From Anaerolineales bacterium (lineage in GTDB: Bacteria > Chloroflexota > Anaerolineae > Anaerolineales > Villigracilaceae): DNA of 52,465 nt. Shown piece after piece: positions 49,853-52,465 of this stretch; position 1 is the first letter of the stretch, and each line of letters begins with the position of its first letter. The notes beneath the pieces are model-generated. The model had not been told where the DNA came from and made no database searches. It saw nothing but the letters and a program-made list of their open reading frames with translations. Made by a program: the position numbers and the translations under genes. Location of the stretch: contig DATKED010000297.1 in the NCBI GenBank assembly GCA_035512375.1, forward strand, positions 1 through 52,465. Reading direction: 5' to 3'.

Positions 49853-49897
49853 GGGCGCGTAGCTCAGTTGGTTAGAGCGCTACTATCACACAGTAGA
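49853..49897 (+). pseudogene. Truncated tRNA-Val(CAC): 5' acceptor strand, D arm and anticodon arm only
   Basis: GGGCGCG TA GCTC AGTTGGTTA GAGC G CTACT ATCACAC AGTAG A; no T arm or 3' acceptor strand follows. Confidence 0.85.
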
Positions 49898-49920
49898 CAG
49901 AATGGACAGATGATACACAA

Positions 49921-49994
49921 GGTCTTGTAGTTCAGTTGGTTAGAACGCGCCGTTCACATCGGCGAGGTCACAGGTTCGAGTCCTGTCAAGACCA
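49921..49994 (+). tRNA. tRNA-Val(CAC), CCA not encoded
   Basis: Full cloverleaf: GGTCTTG/CAAGACC, GTTC/GAAC, CGCCG-TTCACAT-CGGCG, ACAGG-TTCGAGT-CCTGT, discriminator A. Confidence 0.95.
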
Positions 49995-50033
49995 CAAAAA
50001 ATGCCTAAAAATCGACTTAAGAAACACTCTCTT

Positions 50034-50069
50034 AGACAACTTCATGCATGAAGTTGTCTTTTTTATTTT
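50034..50069 (+). terminator. Terminator after tRNA (perfect 26-bp palindrome)
   Basis: AGACAACTTCATGCATGAAGTTGTCT followed by a T run. Confidence 0.75.
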
Positions 50070-50327
50070 CCACTTATTTGCAGAAACATTTAGCCGCTGG
50101 AAAAGATCACAACATTGTGCCTGCAAATATCGCGGAAATTATGGATCCAATTGACTGATTCTGGAAATATCCATAAAGGGATCAGCATGAACATCATTGG
50201 TCCCCACTTCTCCACCCTGTACAGGCACCAGCTAGAAAGAAGGTCCCGCTGTAATTCATTCAATGAGCATACGTAACAGGACACCACGCAGTATGAAGCT
50301 GATTGCATTGGCTTGAAACAGCCAGAC

Positions 50328-51233
50328 TTACTCTGTTTTACTGTCCCTTGTCCCTTGATCGTATTTGTGACGAATAAGCTCCTTAACTTCACTTATTGAA
50401 CGATTGAATGGGCCCACATTTTCCATTTTGAGGCTTGTAACTGCAGCCGCCCATACGCCAGCTTCGCGGGGCGCCATGGAATTACGCATTGCAACGTAAG
50501 TACCAATACACGTGTCGCCGCGTCCACTTCGGCCATCCAGACGGGCAGGATAAAAACTCATCTCATGGAATTTTCCATCTGCATAAACGAGCAAGCCATC
50601 TTTATGCGTGAGAACGATTTCCCTGGGGCCCATGGCTGCATAATATTCGGCGGCTTTATGGATGTCCTTTTCGCCGGTGAGAAATTCTGCCTCCACAGCG
50701 TCGCTCTTGACTACATCAACAAGCGCAAGTATGGATTGCATTTCATCCCAGGGTTCGTATTTCAACTCAGTGTCGCGCAAGACCCGAATAAAGCCCTGCA
50801 TATCCGCAGCCACAAGTATGTTCTTGTCTTTGAGCGCGCGGATAACATCCATCCCCACTTCGCCTCGCAGGCTGGCGCCGATCACAGCCGCCTGGGACTC
50901 AAGTGTCTCTACGTTATTTGCAGAAATGGAGCCTGCCACACTCATGACAGAAAGTGTGCGGATATCAGGATCCGCAGTAGGATATTCCAGCTTTAGTAAT
51001 GTAGACTGAGGGGTATACGTGACATAACAATCGATGTCAGCTTGCCTAAGTTTTTCGACCACATGTTGATCTTCTCTGGCAAGGCGGGTGACGACAGCTA
51101 CCTTACTGCCAAGCCGCGCCGCCGCATGCGCAGCATAGTTGACAGCTCCACCATCCACAGTTTTTGTACCAGCAGGGGAAATAATTGTATCCCTGGTGTA
51201 GTTACCGATATATAGGACATCATAAGTTTTCAT
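50328..51233 (-). CDS. PfkB-family carbohydrate kinase
   Basis: GNYTRD, GGAVNYAA, DMQG, GRGDT anion hole. Confidence 0.88.
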   Translation of the reverse strand: MKTYDVLYIGNYTRDTIISPAGTKTVDGGAVNYAAHAAARLGSKVAVVTRLAREDQHVVEKLRQADIDCYVTYTPQSTLLKLEYPTADPDIRTLSVMSVAGSISANNVETLESQAAVIGASLRGEVGMDVIRALKDKNILVAADMQGFIRVLRDTELKYEPWDEMQSILALVDVVKSDAVEAEFLTGEKDIHKAAEYYAAMGPREIVLTHKDGLLVYADGKFHEMSFYPARLDGRSGRGDTCIGTYVAMRNSMAPREAGVWAAAVTSLKMENVGPFNRSISEVKELIRHKYDQGTRDSKTE

Positions 51234-51271
51234 GATAAATAGCGTTTGTGCTGTATTGAAGAAGCGGCGCG

Positions 51272-52360
51272 TTAATCCCTCTTTTTTTCTGCGGGAAGCA
51301 CCTGGATGCGGTCCTCGGCAAAACCGACCGTGATGTTTTCCCCTTCAGGAAAAAGCTCAGTGACACGTGGGTCTGCTTCCGTTCCCAGGATCGATACCCC
51401 GCCAACTTCCACGATGTATTCGATCACATCGCCAAGATAAACAGCCTGACGGACAGTTCCTGGATACACTCCCCCCTTCCTTTTGATCTGGATCATCTCG
51501 GGACGGACGATCAAAGTCACCGCTTCTCCCTCACGAAACTTGCGTTTTATGTTGGATAGAGTAACGGATTCGCCAAGTGATTTGACCGTAAGCGTAGAAT
51601 TCGTTTGAGCCAGGACGACGCCATCGATGAAATTCGCGCGGCCGATAAAGTCTGCAACAAACCGGCTGTTCGGGAACCGGTAAATTTCAACCGGGCTGCC
51701 AATTTGTTCAATTAACCCCTCGTTCATGACCACAATCCGATCGGAGAGAGTCATGGCTTCGATTTGATCGTGCGTGACATACACACTCGTGATATTCAGG
51801 GTCTTTTGAATCCTGCGGATCTCCGTCCGCATCTCTTCTCGTAATTTTGCATCCAGGTTCGAGAGCGGTTCATCCATTAATAACACCTTTGGTTCCATGA
51901 CAAGGGCGCGCGCCAGCGCCACCCGCTGCTGCTGTCCGCCAGATAATTGTCCTGGCGCACGATCTCCATACCCTTTCAAGCGGACGAGGTCGAGTGCACG
52001 GTCTACCCGCTCGGTAATGGTCTTCTTGCTCAGCCTCTGTACGTTCAATCCATAGGCAATGTTTTCAAACACCGTCAGGTGAGGGAATAGCGCATAACTC
52101 TGAAAGACCATGGACATATCTCTCTTGTGCGGCGGCAGGTAATTGATTTCCAGACCATCCAGAAAAATTCTGCCCGACGTTGGAAATTCAAACCCGGCAA
52201 GCATCCGCAATGTTGTAGTCTTCCCGCATCCTGAGGGACCCAGCAGGGTCACCAATTCTCCTTTTTGGATCTCCAGATTTACATCCTGGACAGCCACCAC
52301 CTCACCGATGTTGCCCCGTGCAGGAAAAATCTTTGTAAGGTTCTCCAGGGTCAGATACAT
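51272..52360 (-). CDS. ABC importer ATP-binding subunit (PotA/FbpC-like, TOBE domain)
   Basis: LLGPSGCGKTT, VFQSYALFPH, LSGGQQQRVALARA, LMDEPLSNLD. Confidence 0.95.
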   Translation of the reverse strand: MYLTLENLTKIFPARGNIGEVVAVQDVNLEIQKGELVTLLGPSGCGKTTTLRMLAGFEFPTSGRIFLDGLEINYLPPHKRDMSMVFQSYALFPHLTVFENIAYGLNVQRLSKKTITERVDRALDLVRLKGYGDRAPGQLSGGQQQRVALARALVMEPKVLLMDEPLSNLDAKLREEMRTEIRRIQKTLNITSVYVTHDQIEAMTLSDRIVVMNEGLIEQIGSPVEIYRFPNSRFVADFIGRANFIDGVVLAQTNSTLTVKSLGESVTLSNIKRKFREGEAVTLIVRPEMIQIKRKGGVYPGTVRQAVYLGDVIEYIVEVGGVSILGTEADPRVTELFPEGENITVGFAEDRIQVLPAEKKRD

Positions 52361-52386
52361 GTAGTGATTCCTCGTTTCTATGTTGA

Positions 52387-52464
52387 TTACAACCCCTGAC
52401 TGAGATCCACACCGTCACGACCACGCAGGAAACGGTTGGTGACAAAATTCAATATAACGATGGC
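52387..52464 (-). CDS. C-terminal end of a probable ABC permease (partial)
   Basis: AIVILNFVTNRFLRGRDGVDLSQGL* directly upstream of the ATPase gene. Confidence 0.55.
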   Translation of the reverse strand, partial: AIVILNFVTNRFLRGRDGVDLSQGL

Positions 52465-52465
52465 G

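Noticed and set aside
49921-49994. tRNA-Asp call from its 5' sequence
   Set aside because: Anticodon is CAC and the discriminator is A, consistent with Val.
49853-49994. Single intron-containing or split tRNA
   Set aside because: GGGCGCG does not pair with CAAGACC and the second tRNA is complete by itself.
50342-50357. 7-bp duplication TGTCCCT near the PfkB gene 3' end
   Set aside because: Alters only the last few codons; no evidence of function.
50090-50392. 100-aa ORF downstream of the PfkB gene as an integrase remnant
   Set aside because: No recognisable recombinase motif or SD.

Overview
Gene-dense chromosomal window, probably from an Anaerolineae-type Chloroflexota (inferred from gene repertoire and Pro/Thr-rich linkers). 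Housekeeping genes (typA 5' part, mfd, pth, pyrG, secG, menC-like, selB) are mixed with envelope, transport and accessory genes. There is no CRISPR array, integrase or transposase. Main observations: (1) a tRNA-Val(CAC) gene behind a strong promoter is cut just after its anticodon arm and followed 23 nt later by a complete, sequence-divergent tRNA-Val(CAC), which looks like an island junction with tRNA replacement; (2) a stand-alone HyfB/HyfE/HyfF-like antiporter module has altered proton-channel residues and no redox subunits; (3) an identical 16-bp motif sits at the same position over the -35 region of two distant promoters; (4) an ABC-F gene has a uORF plus terminator leader; (5) a TIR-TM-FGE/CLec receptor-like protein; (6) several families of palindromic and heptamer repeats, some read in frame inside proteins. 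Family assignments come from motif recognition only; no database searches were run.
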